Shown one piece after another: positions 1-9,200 of a DNA stretch of 64,000 nt (position 1 is its first letter; every line of letters begins with the position of its first letter). Below the pieces are notes generated by a model. It made no database searches, was not told where the DNA came from, and saw nothing but the letters and a program-made list of their open reading frames with translations. The stretch is from Planctomycetota bacterium. Its GTDB lineage: Bacteria > Planctomycetota > UBA8108 > SXIK01. The stretch is from assembly GCA_965223845.1 (NCBI GenBank), contig CBDCXR010000004.1:800001-864000 (forward strand). Reading direction: 5' to 3'. Made by a program: the position numbers and the translations under genes.

Positions 1-251
1 CGCGTTCCTCGCGCATCGAACGATTCCGAGTGTCGGAGGAGAAGATGCTCGGCCGCGACGCGATACGGTCGCCGCGCGTTCGTCGCGCGGTCCTTCCGCC
101 TCGAATCTTCCTGCTTCGAAGCGGGACGCGGTGGATCTTCGGAGCTCGCGGCGCCGAGAGAGGCGAGCTCGCCGATCGCGATGGCGATCGATATCCCGAG
201 TCCGAAGGTGAACACCCGCGAGCGGGAACGGACGGGAGGCAAGCGGGACAT
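1..251 (-). CDS. Partial (runs off window edge) exported protein, possibly a parvulin-type peptidylprolyl isomerase
   Basis: Not in the ORF track. ATG at 251 (minus) opens MSRLPPVRSRSRVFTFGLGISIAIAIG... with a hydrophobic N-terminus, then YRVAAEHLLLRHSESFDARGT, which resembles the parvulin N-terminal V-x-A-x-H-I-L-I-x-H motif. Confidence 0.5.
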   Translation of the reverse strand, partial: MSRLPPVRSRSRVFTFGLGISIAIAIGELASLGAASSEDPPRPASKQEDSRRKDRATNARRPYRVAAEHLLLRHSESFDARGT

Positions 252-315
252 GGGCGGCGAGTCTCGTGACGGGTGGACGCAAACGGTATGAAGGAGGCGC
301 GTTCGCGCGCGGCGC

Positions 316-344
316 TCGACTTGGGACCGCACCCGAATTATACT
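316..344 (+). promoter_or_regulatory. Putative sigma70 promoter of the MntR/DtxR gene
   Basis: TCGACT(316-321)-N17-TATACT(339-344); GGAGG RBS before ATG 367. Confidence 0.45.
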
Positions 345-366
345 CCTCACATCGGCCGGAGGTCCC

Positions 367-906
367 ATGATCAACAGCGTTTGGAAAGCGTTCGCGGAAC
401 ACGAGATTTCGCACAGCGTGGCTCATTACCTGACGACGATCCACGCGCTCCGCGAGAAGCGGGGCTACGCGCGCGTGTCGGACGTTGCCGAAGAGCTTGA
501 CGTCGCGAAGGGCTCGGTGTCCGTTCAGATCAAGCATCTCCGCGAGAAGGGCTACGTCGAAGAGGACGAAAAAAAGCACCTGCAGCTCACCGAGCGAGGA
601 GAGGCGGCGGCGCTTCAGGTGCTCGAGAGTCGTCGCGTGGTGACGCAGTTCCTCGGAGACGTCCTCGGGCTCGCCCCAGACGTCGCGGAGAAGGACGCCT
701 GCAAGATCGAACATCTCCTCAGCGAGGAGTCGGCGGCCCACCTCGTCCGCCTGCTCGACCTCCTCCAGTCTAGCGATCCCGACGCGGTCGCGTTTCTCGG
801 CAAGCTTCGCGAATTCACGACGAGCTGTCCGAGCCTCGAGCACTGCGATATCTGCGAGGACGAGTGTCTGCTCGAGGTCGAGCCGCGGAACGACGCCGAG
901 GATTGA
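367..906 (+). CDS. mntR: Metal-dependent transcriptional regulator, DtxR/MntR family, with Cys-rich C-terminal tail
   Basis: HYLTTI...ARVSDVAEELDVAKGSVS wHTH; DACKIEHLLS metal-site motif; no FeoA/SH3 domain. Confidence 0.85.
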   Translation: MINSVWKAFAEHEISHSVAHYLTTIHALREKRGYARVSDVAEELDVAKGSVSVQIKHLREKGYVEEDEKKHLQLTERGEAAALQVLESRRVVTQFLGDVLGLAPDVAEKDACKIEHLLSEESAAHLVRLLDLLQSSDPDAVAFLGKLREFTTSCPSLEHCDICEDECLLEVEPRNDAED

Positions 907-1040
907 CGGAGTCGCCGAGCAATCGGTCACCAGGGGCGATCGCCGCGCCGCACTCTACCCGCGGCCGAGCGGAGCGCCCTCGCGCTGAGTCCTCGGCCGA
1001 ACGAGCTAGGCTAGCCCGCGAGCGAGTGGGGCAACGCGCT

Positions 1041-1075
1041 CCTCCACCGCCTTCCTCCACCGCCTTCCTCCACCG
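1041..1075. repeat. 13-bp tandem repeat (CCTCCACCGCCTT, about 2.7 copies)
   Basis: Copies start at 1041, 1054 and 1067 (partial), directly after the globin stop codon. Confidence 0.8.
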
Positions 1076-1076
1076 T

Positions 1077-1448
1077 TTAGCGGTCGAGGATCTCCGCCTT
1101 CGTGCTGGCGATGAATTCGAGCACTTCGGCGCGCTCGACCGCCGGGACGTCGAACTGATCGAGCGTCGCACTCAGATGGCCGAGGAACGCGTCCCAATCG
1201 GCCTCGTCGATTTTCATTCCGACGTGCGTCGTTCGCATGTCGCGACCGACGTACACCATCGGGCCGCCGGCGCTCGCGCAGAGAAAATCGACGAGGAGCT
1301 GCTTCTCCCGCTGGAGTCCGTCGTTCCCGCGGTGCGCCCAGAATCGTCCTAGCTTCGGATCTTCCATCAATCGGGGAAGAAGATCGTCGACGACGGCGGC
1401 GATCGCGTCGTATCCGCCGAGCCGCGCGTACAAGGTCTCTTCACTCAT
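1077..1448 (-). CDS. Group I truncated hemoglobin
   Basis: TLYARLGGYDAIAAVVDD, FLCASAGGP..Y.GRDM..TH.GM: 2/2 globin signature with proximal His. Confidence 0.9.
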   Translation of the reverse strand: MSEETLYARLGGYDAIAAVVDDLLPRLMEDPKLGRFWAHRGNDGLQREKQLLVDFLCASAGGPMVYVGRDMRTTHVGMKIDEADWDAFLGHLSATLDQFDVPAVERAEVLEFIASTKAEILDR

Positions 1449-1861
1449 GATCGTCCTCCCGTGGTGTGTGGAGCGGATTCCAGCGGATAGAATCGTCGAT
1501 CGCTACTTTCGCATCAAGGGCGCCGAAGAGTTTGACTGTGTAGTCGTCCACGCGTGTCGAAGCTCGGATCGTCGCCTCGCTCTCGCGGCCGGGCGAACGC
1601 AGTGCTGGAGCACACCGAGTTCGAACGGGGCGCTAGCCTTTTCCTTGGGTGAAATCGAGGCGGTCTATCATCCCACTTCGCGAGAGTTTCGAGGCCGGAG
1701 GGCGTCGTTCTTCAGTGCTCGCCGCCGCACCGCTCCGTTCGGTCGGGCTCATGTCGCTCTCGTCGAGACTCGGAGGATAGCCGCAACGGAAACGGGGCGC
1801 ACGGCGTGAATCTGCCGGGACTTGCCTCCGCTCGCGCCAAACCAAGAGTCGATCCATCCCG

Positions 1862-3709
1862 ATGAACATCCTCGGAATCTCCGCGTACTACCACGACAGC
1901 GCGGCCTGCCTCGTGAAGGACGGCACGATCGTCGCCGCGGCGCAAGAGGAGCGCTTCTCACGAGAAAAGCACGACGCGCGGTTCCCCGGACGAGCCGTCG
2001 AGTTCTGTCTCGAAGCCGGCGCCATCGGTGCCGAGGACGTGGATTTCATCGCGTTCTACGAGAAGCCGCTTCTCAAGTTCGATCGAATCCTCGAGACGTA
2101 CCTCGCCTACGCACCGCGCGGATTCGGAGTGTTCAGAAGGGGACTACCCGTTTGGCTGAAGCAGAAGCTCCACCTCCGCCGGGAGCTCGCGAGAGGGGTC
2201 GGAGGGCGCTTCGGCGGACGGCTCGTGTTTCCCGAGCACCACGAATCTCACGCGGCGAGCGCGTTCTTTCCGTCGCCGTTCGAGGAGGCGGCGATCCTCA
2301 CGCTCGACGGCGTCGGCGAGTGGGCGACGGCGACGATCGGGCGGGGAGCCGGCAACCGAATCGAGCTCATGCGCGAGATTCGATTCCCGCACTCGCTCGG
2401 GCTTCTCTATTCCGCGTTCACGTCGTTCTGCGGGTTTCGAGTGAACAGCGGCGAGTACAAGCTGATGGGACTCGCGCCGTACGGCGATCCGATCTATCGG
2501 GACGTCTTTCTCGACCGATTGATCGATCTCAAGGACGACGGGTCGTTTCGAGTGGACCCGTCGTACTTTCCGTACGGGTGGAAGTCGACCATGACGTCGA
2601 GGAAACTCGAGCGGCTCGTCGGGGGACGACCACGCCGTCCGGAATCCGAAATCACGAAGCGAGAGATGGATATCGCCGCGTCGATCCAGTCCGTCACCGA
2701 GGAGGTGATGCTGCGGTCGGCGCGGTTCGCGCACGCGCTCACGGGTTCGCTCCGATTGGTCCTCGCCGGCGGCGTCGCACTCAATTGCGTGGGGAACGGC
2801 CGGATCCGGCGCGAAGGACCGTTCGAGGAGATCTGGATCCAGCCGGCCGCGGGCGACGCGGGAGGGGCACTCGGCGCGGCGCTCTTTGTCTGGCACCAAC
2901 TTCTCGAGCGGGAGCGGAGCGTCGGCGGGCAGGATTCGCAGCGAGGCTCACTCCTCGGCCCGGAGTTCGGGCGAGACGAAGTGCGGACGACACTCGAGTC
3001 CCTCGGCGCGACTTACACCGACTTCGATGGCGACGAGCACCGCCTCGTGGGGGAGATCGTGCAGTTGATCGCCTCGGAGAACGTGGTCGGCCACTTCGCG
3101 GGGCGCATGGAGTTTGGCCCGCGTGCGCTCGGCAACCGATCCATCCTCGGCGACGCCCGCTCGCCGCGGATGCAGGGGTTGCTCAATGAAAAGATCAAGT
3201 TTCGCGAATCGTTTCGCCCGTTCGCTCCGAGCGTTCTCCGGGAAGACGCTGCATCGTACTTCGATCTTCGCGGTGGGGACGAAAGCCCGTACATGCTGGT
3301 GGTCGCACCGGTCCATGCTTCGCGCCGTCTGCCGCCCAGGGAAGGGGGCCGGTCGGTGGGCTTCGAGCGACTGCGCGAGATTCGCACCGAGATTCCGGCC
3401 GTGACTCACGTCGATGACTCGGCGCGAGTCCAGACCGTGGATCGCACTCGGAACAGCCGCTACCATCTCATTCTTCAGCGCCTCAAGCAGGTGACTGGTT
3501 GTCCCGTAGTCGTCAACACGAGCATGAACGTTCGCGGGCAGCCCATCGTATGCACGCCGGCCGAGGCGTACCGCTGCTTCATGGCCACCCAGATGGACGC
3601 GCTCGTGATCGAAGATGTCTTGCTCCTCAAGTCCGAACAAGGAGCCGAGGCGACTCGACCGCTCGAGCCGCACTCGCCATCACGGGGCAGGGGATCTCTC
3701 CGAGCGTGA
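1862..3709 (+). CDS. Carbamoyltransferase (NodU/CmcH/SxtI family)
   Basis: MNILGISAYYHDSAA, EERFSREKHD, EHHESHAASAF, GEYKLMGLAPYG, GRMEFGPRALGNRSIL, KFRESFRPFAPSV, VTHVDDSARVQTV. Confidence 0.95.
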   Translation: MNILGISAYYHDSAACLVKDGTIVAAAQEERFSREKHDARFPGRAVEFCLEAGAIGAEDVDFIAFYEKPLLKFDRILETYLAYAPRGFGVFRRGLPVWLKQKLHLRRELARGVGGRFGGRLVFPEHHESHAASAFFPSPFEEAAILTLDGVGEWATATIGRGAGNRIELMREIRFPHSLGLLYSAFTSFCGFRVNSGEYKLMGLAPYGDPIYRDVFLDRLIDLKDDGSFRVDPSYFPYGWKSTMTSRKLERLVGGRPRRPESEITKREMDIAASIQSVTEEVMLRSARFAHALTGSLRLVLAGGVALNCVGNGRIRREGPFEEIWIQPAAGDAGGALGAALFVWHQLLERERSVGGQDSQRGSLLGPEFGRDEVRTTLESLGATYTDFDGDEHRLVGEIVQLIASENVVGHFAGRMEFGPRALGNRSILGDARSPRMQGLLNEKIKFRESFRPFAPSVLREDAASYFDLRGGDESPYMLVVAPVHASRRLPPREGGRSVGFERLREIRTEIPAVTHVDDSARVQTVDRTRNSRYHLILQRLKQVTGCPVVVNTSMNVRGQPIVCTPAEAYRCFMATQMDALVIEDVLLLKSEQGAEATRPLEPHSPSRGRGSLRA

Positions 3710-4146
3710 TGTTCGACGTCAACTTGAGCCCCGACCGGTCCGAGCTTCGACAGTTCGGCTTCATCGGACTGACGGTGTTCACCGTCCTCGGCGCGTTCGT
3801 CTACTGGCGTGGCGGCGCGTTCGGTCTCGACTTCGGCGCGGCCGCGAAGCCGGTTGCCATCGGCGTCTGGGCGGTCGGTGCGACCTGGGGCATCCTCGCC
3901 GCTCTCCGGCCCGAAGCGAACCGGCCGTCGTACGTCCTTCTCACGGTCATCACGTATCCGATCGGCTTCGCCATCTCGATGGTCCTTCTCGCGGTGTTCT
4001 TTTTCGGGATTCTCACTCCCCTTGCGATCTTGTTCCGCTTCACCGGACGAGATGTGCTCGGGCGAAAGTTCGATCGAGCGGCGCAAACGTACTGGAGTCC
4101 GCGCCCGTCTGCGTCGGATCTCCGGCGCTACTATCGGCAGTACTGA
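3709..4146 (+). CDS. SxtJ-family membrane protein
   Basis: ATG overlaps the upstream TGA; ELRQFG, several TM segments, FFGILTP, GRDVL, TYW...RYYRQY C-terminus typical of SxtJ. Confidence 0.8.
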   Translation: MFDVNLSPDRSELRQFGFIGLTVFTVLGAFVYWRGGAFGLDFGAAAKPVAIGVWAVGATWGILAALRPEANRPSYVLLTVITYPIGFAISMVLLAVFFFGILTPLAILFRFTGRDVLGRKFDRAAQTYWSPRPSASDLRRYYRQY

Positions 4147-4173
4147 CGCGGCGAGGATCCGGTAGGCTTAGGA

Positions 4174-4419
4174 ATGAAGACCAGCGAATCCGGCACCGAC
4201 GACGATCTACCGCGAGCTCCTGACGCGGACCGCTCGAGCGAGTTTGAACGGCTCGGACGGAGCGAGCAGCGCGTCGGCCTCGCGGCGGAGCTTTGGGACT
4301 TCCTCCGCTACAACAAGAAGTGGTGGCTCCTTCCCATTCTCGTCCTCCTCCTCCTCCTCGCCCTCCTCGTCTCGATCGGAGGGGTCGCGGGATCGCCGTT
4401 CGTGTATCCGTTCTTCTGA
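4174..4419 (+). CDS. SxtK/DUF5989-family small membrane protein
   Basis: ELWDFLRYNKKWWLLPILVLLLLL...SPFVYPFF signature; third gene of the usual triad. Confidence 0.85.
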   Translation: MKTSESGTDDDLPRAPDADRSSEFERLGRSEQRVGLAAELWDFLRYNKKWWLLPILVLLLLLALLVSIGGVAGSPFVYPFF

Positions 4420-4462
4420 GAGACGGACGCGCCACGAACGGCCGAATCGCTCGCGGCTGTTC

Positions 4463-4496
4463 GCGAAACATTCCCCGGGGCTGGGAAATTCTTCGC
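4463..4496. promoter_or_regulatory. Putative tandem activator (bEBP) binding sites
   Basis: GCGAAACATTCCCC (4463-4476) and GGGAAATTCTTCGC (4483-4496): imperfect GnGAA-N4-TTCnC palindromes 20 bp apart, about 80-115 bp upstream of the predicted sigma54 start site. Confidence 0.4.
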
Positions 4497-4551
4497 GGAA
4501 TCGCCTCGTCGATGCGGCGGACGTGCCCGATTCTTCCGGGACCTCGCTCGT

Positions 4552-4566
4552 TGGCTCGTACTTTGC
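4552..4566 (+). promoter_or_regulatory. Sigma54 (-24/-12) promoter
   Basis: TGGCTCG-TACT-TTGC; exact GG-N10-GC spacing, one mismatch to TGGCACG-N4-TTGC; intergenic, upstream of ATG 4674. Confidence 0.65.
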
Positions 4567-4673
4567 GGAAAGTCTGGGCTGTGAGGTCCGGTTCAGCGAC
4601 CCGGCGTGAGCGCATGGTGCTCCCCTCGGCTCTGAGTTCGCGCCCCCGACCTCGACGGGCGAAGGAGAATTCC

Positions 4674-5243
4674 ATGTCTCGATCTCAAACGGAACCTTGT
4701 TCACGAACGAAGGCGGGGTGGAGGGTGAGCGCGCCGGCGGGCTTCATCGTGCTCGCGAGTCTCGGCGTGGTGACGCTCGGGGGGCTGACCACGCTCGCGG
4801 ATTCGAAAGAGGACGCGGCGCTCGAGCGCACGCGAAAGCAGGTCCGCATGCTGGACGATCTCTACAAGACCGCAGTGGTCCTCATTACGGATAAGTACGT
4901 CCATTCCGAAAAGGACTTCCCCGCGGGAAGTGCCGCGGTCGCGCTCTTCGACGCGATGAAGAAGAAGGGGTGGCACGAAGTGCGACTCCTCGACGCGACG
5001 GGGGAGCCGATTCGGCGGAAGAACTCGCCGAAGGCCGGATTCGAACGGGACGCGGTCGCCGCCCTCAAGGCGGGAAAGGGCTACTTCGAGGCGATCGTCG
5101 AAGTCGACGGAAAGCGCCGTCTGCGTGCCGCAACGCCGATCCCCGTGGTGAGCAAGAAGTGTGTGCTCTGTCACGAGCACTACGCGGAGGCCCCCAAGGG
5201 AGCGCCGATCGGCGCGCTCAGTTACACGCTAAGCGTCGAGTGA
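4674..5243 (+). CDS. DUF3365/Tll0287-like c-type cytochrome
   Basis: AAGGAG RBS then ATG 4674; N-terminal TM/signal; LERTRKQVRMLDDLYKTAVVLIT, LRAATPIPVV..KCVLCH (single CxxCH). Confidence 0.85.
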   Translation: MSRSQTEPCSRTKAGWRVSAPAGFIVLASLGVVTLGGLTTLADSKEDAALERTRKQVRMLDDLYKTAVVLITDKYVHSEKDFPAGSAAVALFDAMKKKGWHEVRLLDATGEPIRRKNSPKAGFERDAVAALKAGKGYFEAIVEVDGKRRLRAATPIPVVSKKCVLCHEHYAEAPKGAPIGALSYTLSVE

Positions 5244-5250
5244 ACGCTCG

Positions 5251-6195
5251 ATGGCCTCGACCTCTCCGAGTCTCCGCTCGAAGCTTCTGCGAAAGTTTCA
5301 GCGCCGACCGCACCGTTACTCGATCATACGTTTTGCCACCCAAGCGACGACGCTCGCGATCCTCTACCTCGTTCCGCTGACGGGCCTCGCGCGCTTCGAT
5401 CTCTGGGGAGCAGAGCACCGCGCCCTCTTTCGCCCCGCGAACGCCGTTGACGGATTCGTCGCGGTCGCGGTCGGAGTCACGTCGCTCTACGTCATCACGT
5501 TCCTCGCCAACGTGGTCTGCGGCCGGCTCTTCTGCGGTTGGGGATGCCCGGTGGCGCAGCTCTCGCGATTCGGGGAGCTGATCGAGGGAGGAGGGTGGCG
5601 AGCCGCTCTGCGCGGAGGAAGCTTCGGCGCTCTACTGGTTCTCGGCGTGATGCTTTGGTGGACGAGTCCTCGCATCGTCGTGGACGGCAGCGCGACGGCA
5701 CGCGCGGTCGGAGCGGCGGTGTTTCTCGGGCTGTTGGCGCTCACGTACGTCCACGGCAAGGTGTTTCGCTGGGAGTTTTGCAAGAAAGCCTGTCCGATCG
5801 GACTCTACTACTCGGTAGTCGCAACCGAGACCTCGCACGGAATCGTCTTCGAACGCGATCTCGAGACCTGCAAGGCCTGCAATGTCTGCGACCGAGTTTG
5901 TCCCGTCGATCTGCATCCTCGAGCGCTGTCTTCGCCGCGCGTCGGAATCGGTGGGCTCGGGATCGACGGCCTTCCTGAAGACAACCACTGCCTCCGCTGC
6001 GGTGACTGCGTGACGGCCTGCGAGTTCGTCTTCGCGCGCGAAGAGCTCGACCGGGTTCCTCTTCGTTTCGGGTTTGGGCGGAACGGCGAACCTCTCGTCC
6101 CCCGTCCACGGTTCGCGGTGGAGGACGCATCGCCGCGGAGCACTCTCGCCAGGACCGGTCCGGTGAGCGCGTCGAAAGTGCCGTGCCCGCGCTGA
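5251..6195 (+). CDS. Membrane 4Fe-4S binding protein (CcoG/NapH-like polyferredoxin)
   Basis: GRLFCGWGCP, FCKKACPIG, CKACNVCDRVCP, CLRCGDCVTAC plus TM helices. Confidence 0.85.
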   Translation: MASTSPSLRSKLLRKFQRRPHRYSIIRFATQATTLAILYLVPLTGLARFDLWGAEHRALFRPANAVDGFVAVAVGVTSLYVITFLANVVCGRLFCGWGCPVAQLSRFGELIEGGGWRAALRGGSFGALLVLGVMLWWTSPRIVVDGSATARAVGAAVFLGLLALTYVHGKVFRWEFCKKACPIGLYYSVVATETSHGIVFERDLETCKACNVCDRVCPVDLHPRALSSPRVGIGGLGIDGLPEDNHCLRCGDCVTACEFVFAREELDRVPLRFGFGRNGEPLVPRPRFAVEDASPRSTLARTGPVSASKVPCPR

Positions 6196-6220
6196 GAGCC
6201 TCATGCGGGGGCGTGCCTAG

Positions 6221-6281
6221 TTGATGCGGCCTCGCGAAGGGGTATACAGAGGGGAGACTCCCGTCGACAACGTCTCCCCTC
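6221..6281 (+). promoter_or_regulatory. Putative sigma70 promoter followed by a 10-bp perfect inverted repeat
   Basis: TTGATG(6221-6226)-N16-TATACA(6243-6248); GAGGGGAGAC(6249-6258)/GTCTCCCCTC(6272-6281). Confidence 0.4.
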
Positions 6282-6295
6282 ACTCCGGAACCGCC

Positions 6296-9200
6296 GTGCC
6301 GTTTTCTCTCCGACCGATCGTCTGCGTTCTCGGCGCCTTTTCCGCGATCTTGAGCTCAGTCGAAGCGGAAGAGCGCCCGAACATCATCGTGATCTTCACG
6401 GATGATCACGGCTACGCGGATCTCTCTTGCCAAGAGATACTCGACGACGTGAGAACGCCACACATCGACGCGCTCGCTGCCGGCGGTGTGCGGATGAAGT
6501 CCGGCTATGTGACCGCACCGCAGTGCGTGCCTTCGCGCGCCGGCCTCTTGACGGGTCGGTATCAGAATCGATTCGGCGTCGAGAGCAATCGAAAGCCGCT
6601 CGACGGTTTTCGCGCCGAGCGAACCGTCGCCGAGCGTTTGAAGGCTGCGGGCTACGCGACGGGGATGGTCGGCAAGTGGCATCTCGGACGGCCGCAGGAG
6701 ATCGTCGAGCACGGTTTCGATGACGTGTTCTACCAGGGCGGCTCGTGGACGAACTTCGATCTCGACGGCGCGTCGGTCGAGCCCGGGACTCGCGTGAACG
6801 GCCCTTATCACCTCGACGCGAAGAGTGCGGCGGCGCGCGCCTTCATCGCGCGACATCACGACGAGCCGTTTTTTCTCTACGTCGCTTACCGAGCGCCGCA
6901 CGTACCGCTCGACGCACCGAAGAAGTACCTCGATCGATTTCCGGGCGAGATGCCCGAGCGGCGTCGTCAGGCTCTCGCGATGCTCTCGGCGGTGGACGAC
7001 GGCGTCGGCGGGATCGTCGCGTCCATCCGGAAGTTCGGGGTCGAAGAGAGAACACTCATCTTTTTCATCGGCGACAACGGCGCTCCGCTCAAGATCCACC
7101 GGGTCGATGCACCGGGAGGCGGACCCGGCTGGGACGGCTCGCGGAACGATCCGCTGAACGGAGAGAAGGGGATGCTCTCCGAAGGCGGAATTCGCGTGCC
7201 GTTTGTCGTTTCTTGGAAGGGACAGATTCCTCCGGGTCAGATCTACGACCATCCCGTGATCTCGCTCGACGTCGCGGCGACCGCGATTGCGCAGGCCGGT
7301 CTCCCACGTGATCCCGCGCTCGACGGCGTCGATCTCGTTCCGTTTCTCGACGGAACTCGTTCGAGCGCGCCGCACGCGACGATCTACTGGCGCTGGATTT
7401 CGCAGGCCGCAATCCGCGAGGGACGCTGGAAGTTCCTCCGCGCCGGAGCGCGCGAGTATCTGTTCGATCTCGAGGCGGATCGCGGAGAGAAGACGAATCG
7501 TGCGAAGGCTCATCCGGAAATCGCTCGCCGGATGCGGACGAAGCTCGAGGCGTGGTCCTCCGAGCTCAAGCCGCCCGGACTCGCCACCGCGGCACTGGCG
7601 AGCACGTGGGAGCAGTACTTCGACCACTACCTAGACGGAAAGCCGGCGCCGAGACCACGTCCTCGTCCGCGGAGCGAACGAGCGCGGAAGTTTCCGCGCT
7701 CGCGAGACGCGGAGATCGGCGGGTGGATCGCGCGCAACACTATCGCCAGGCTCGTCGATGGTGCGCTTCGAACCCGTGCGCGCCTGGGCCCGGGCGGGCG
7801 TACGCCCTTCGTGACGAGAGCGGGACTCGATTTGCCGGCGGCGGTCACCGTCCGCGTTCGCTTGCGCACTGCGAAGGGCGGCGCGTTCGCGCTAGCGTGG
7901 CGTGAGCAGGGGCAGCGAGACTTCCCGTCTGGCCAGCGCGCTTCGGTCGAATGCGAAGCATCCGACGAGTTCGTGACCCACAGCGTTTCGCTCGCCGGAG
8001 AGAAGAAGATCATCCACTTACGCCTTTTCCTTCCGGTGGGGGGCGCCGATATCCGAACCATCGAAGTCCTCGACCCGGGGGGCGAGCGACTCGAGTCATG
8101 GCGATTCGCAGAGGCGAGTGTGCAGGTCCGCGATCCGCGCCTCGAGCTCCGCGTATTCGCGGAGGACCCGGAAATCGTGACGCCGATCGGACTCACTGTC
8201 GACGATCGTGATCGCGTCTTCGTCATCGAATCTCACACGCATCTTCGTCCTCCCGATTACGCCGGCCCGGAGGCCGATCGCGTCAAGATTCTGGTGGATC
8301 GAGATCGCGACGGCCGCGCGGACGAGGTGAGCGTTTTCGCTCGCGGTCTCCGCGAGGCGATGAATCTCTCGTTCTCGCCCGAGGGCGTTCTCTACGTCGT
8401 TTGCGCGCGTGAGGTGATTGCGCTCTACGATCGCGACGGTGATAGCGTCTCCGACGACCGCGAGCGCATCCTCAGCCTCGAGACGACGATGCGCTATCCC
8501 CACAACAGTCTTCTCAGCCTGGCGTTTTCAAACGATGGCTGGCTTTACGTCGGACGCGGCAACGTCGGCGGGAGAAGATTCAGCTATCGCGGAACGGACG
8601 GTACATCGATCGATGGCTACGGTGACGGCGGCGATGTTATCCGCTGCCGTCCCGATGGCACGAAGCTCGAGAGATTCGCGACCGGGTTTTGGAATCCGTT
8701 CGATCTCACGTTCGATCACACGGGGCGACTGCTCCTCGTCGACAACGACCCCGACGCGCGCGGACCGAATCGTCTCCTCCACGTCGTTCAAAACGGGGAC
8801 TACGGGTACAAGTCACTCTACGGTGGCGGGGGAAACCACCCATTCCAGGGTTGGGACGGTTCGCTCCCGGGAACTCTACCCATGATCGCAGGAACGGGCG
8901 AAGCTCCGTCCGGAGTCCTGAATGGGCGTCGAGCCGCGCTCCCCCCGGATCTCGCGGACGATGTTCTCGTCACGATTTGGAACGAGTACACGATCGAGCG
9001 ATTCGAGACGAAGACCTCCGGAGCATCGATCGCGGCGCAGTCGTCGATTCTCGTCTCGGGCGGGACGGACTTCCGTCCGGTGGCGCTGGACGCAGACCGC
9101 CGAGGCGACGTTTTCATTTCCGATTGGGTGAACGTCGACTATCCGAACCACGGGCGCGGACGCGTTTGGCGGCTCTCGGTGAAGGACGGCGAAGAACGAA

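Noticed and set aside
1511-1525. Possible sigma54 site upstream of the globin (minus strand CGGCGCCCTTGATGC)
   Set aside because: Little beyond the GG-N10-GC core matches; too degenerate for high-GC DNA.
4144-4176. In-frame TGA between the SxtJ-like and SxtK-like ORFs (possible read-through)
   Set aside because: RYYRQY is a typical SxtJ C-terminus, the downstream gene has its own start, and there is no Cys-motif context.
1862-4419. Saxitoxin biosynthesis cluster
   Set aside because: No sxtA, sxtG or other core genes in the window; the triad is common in non-producers.
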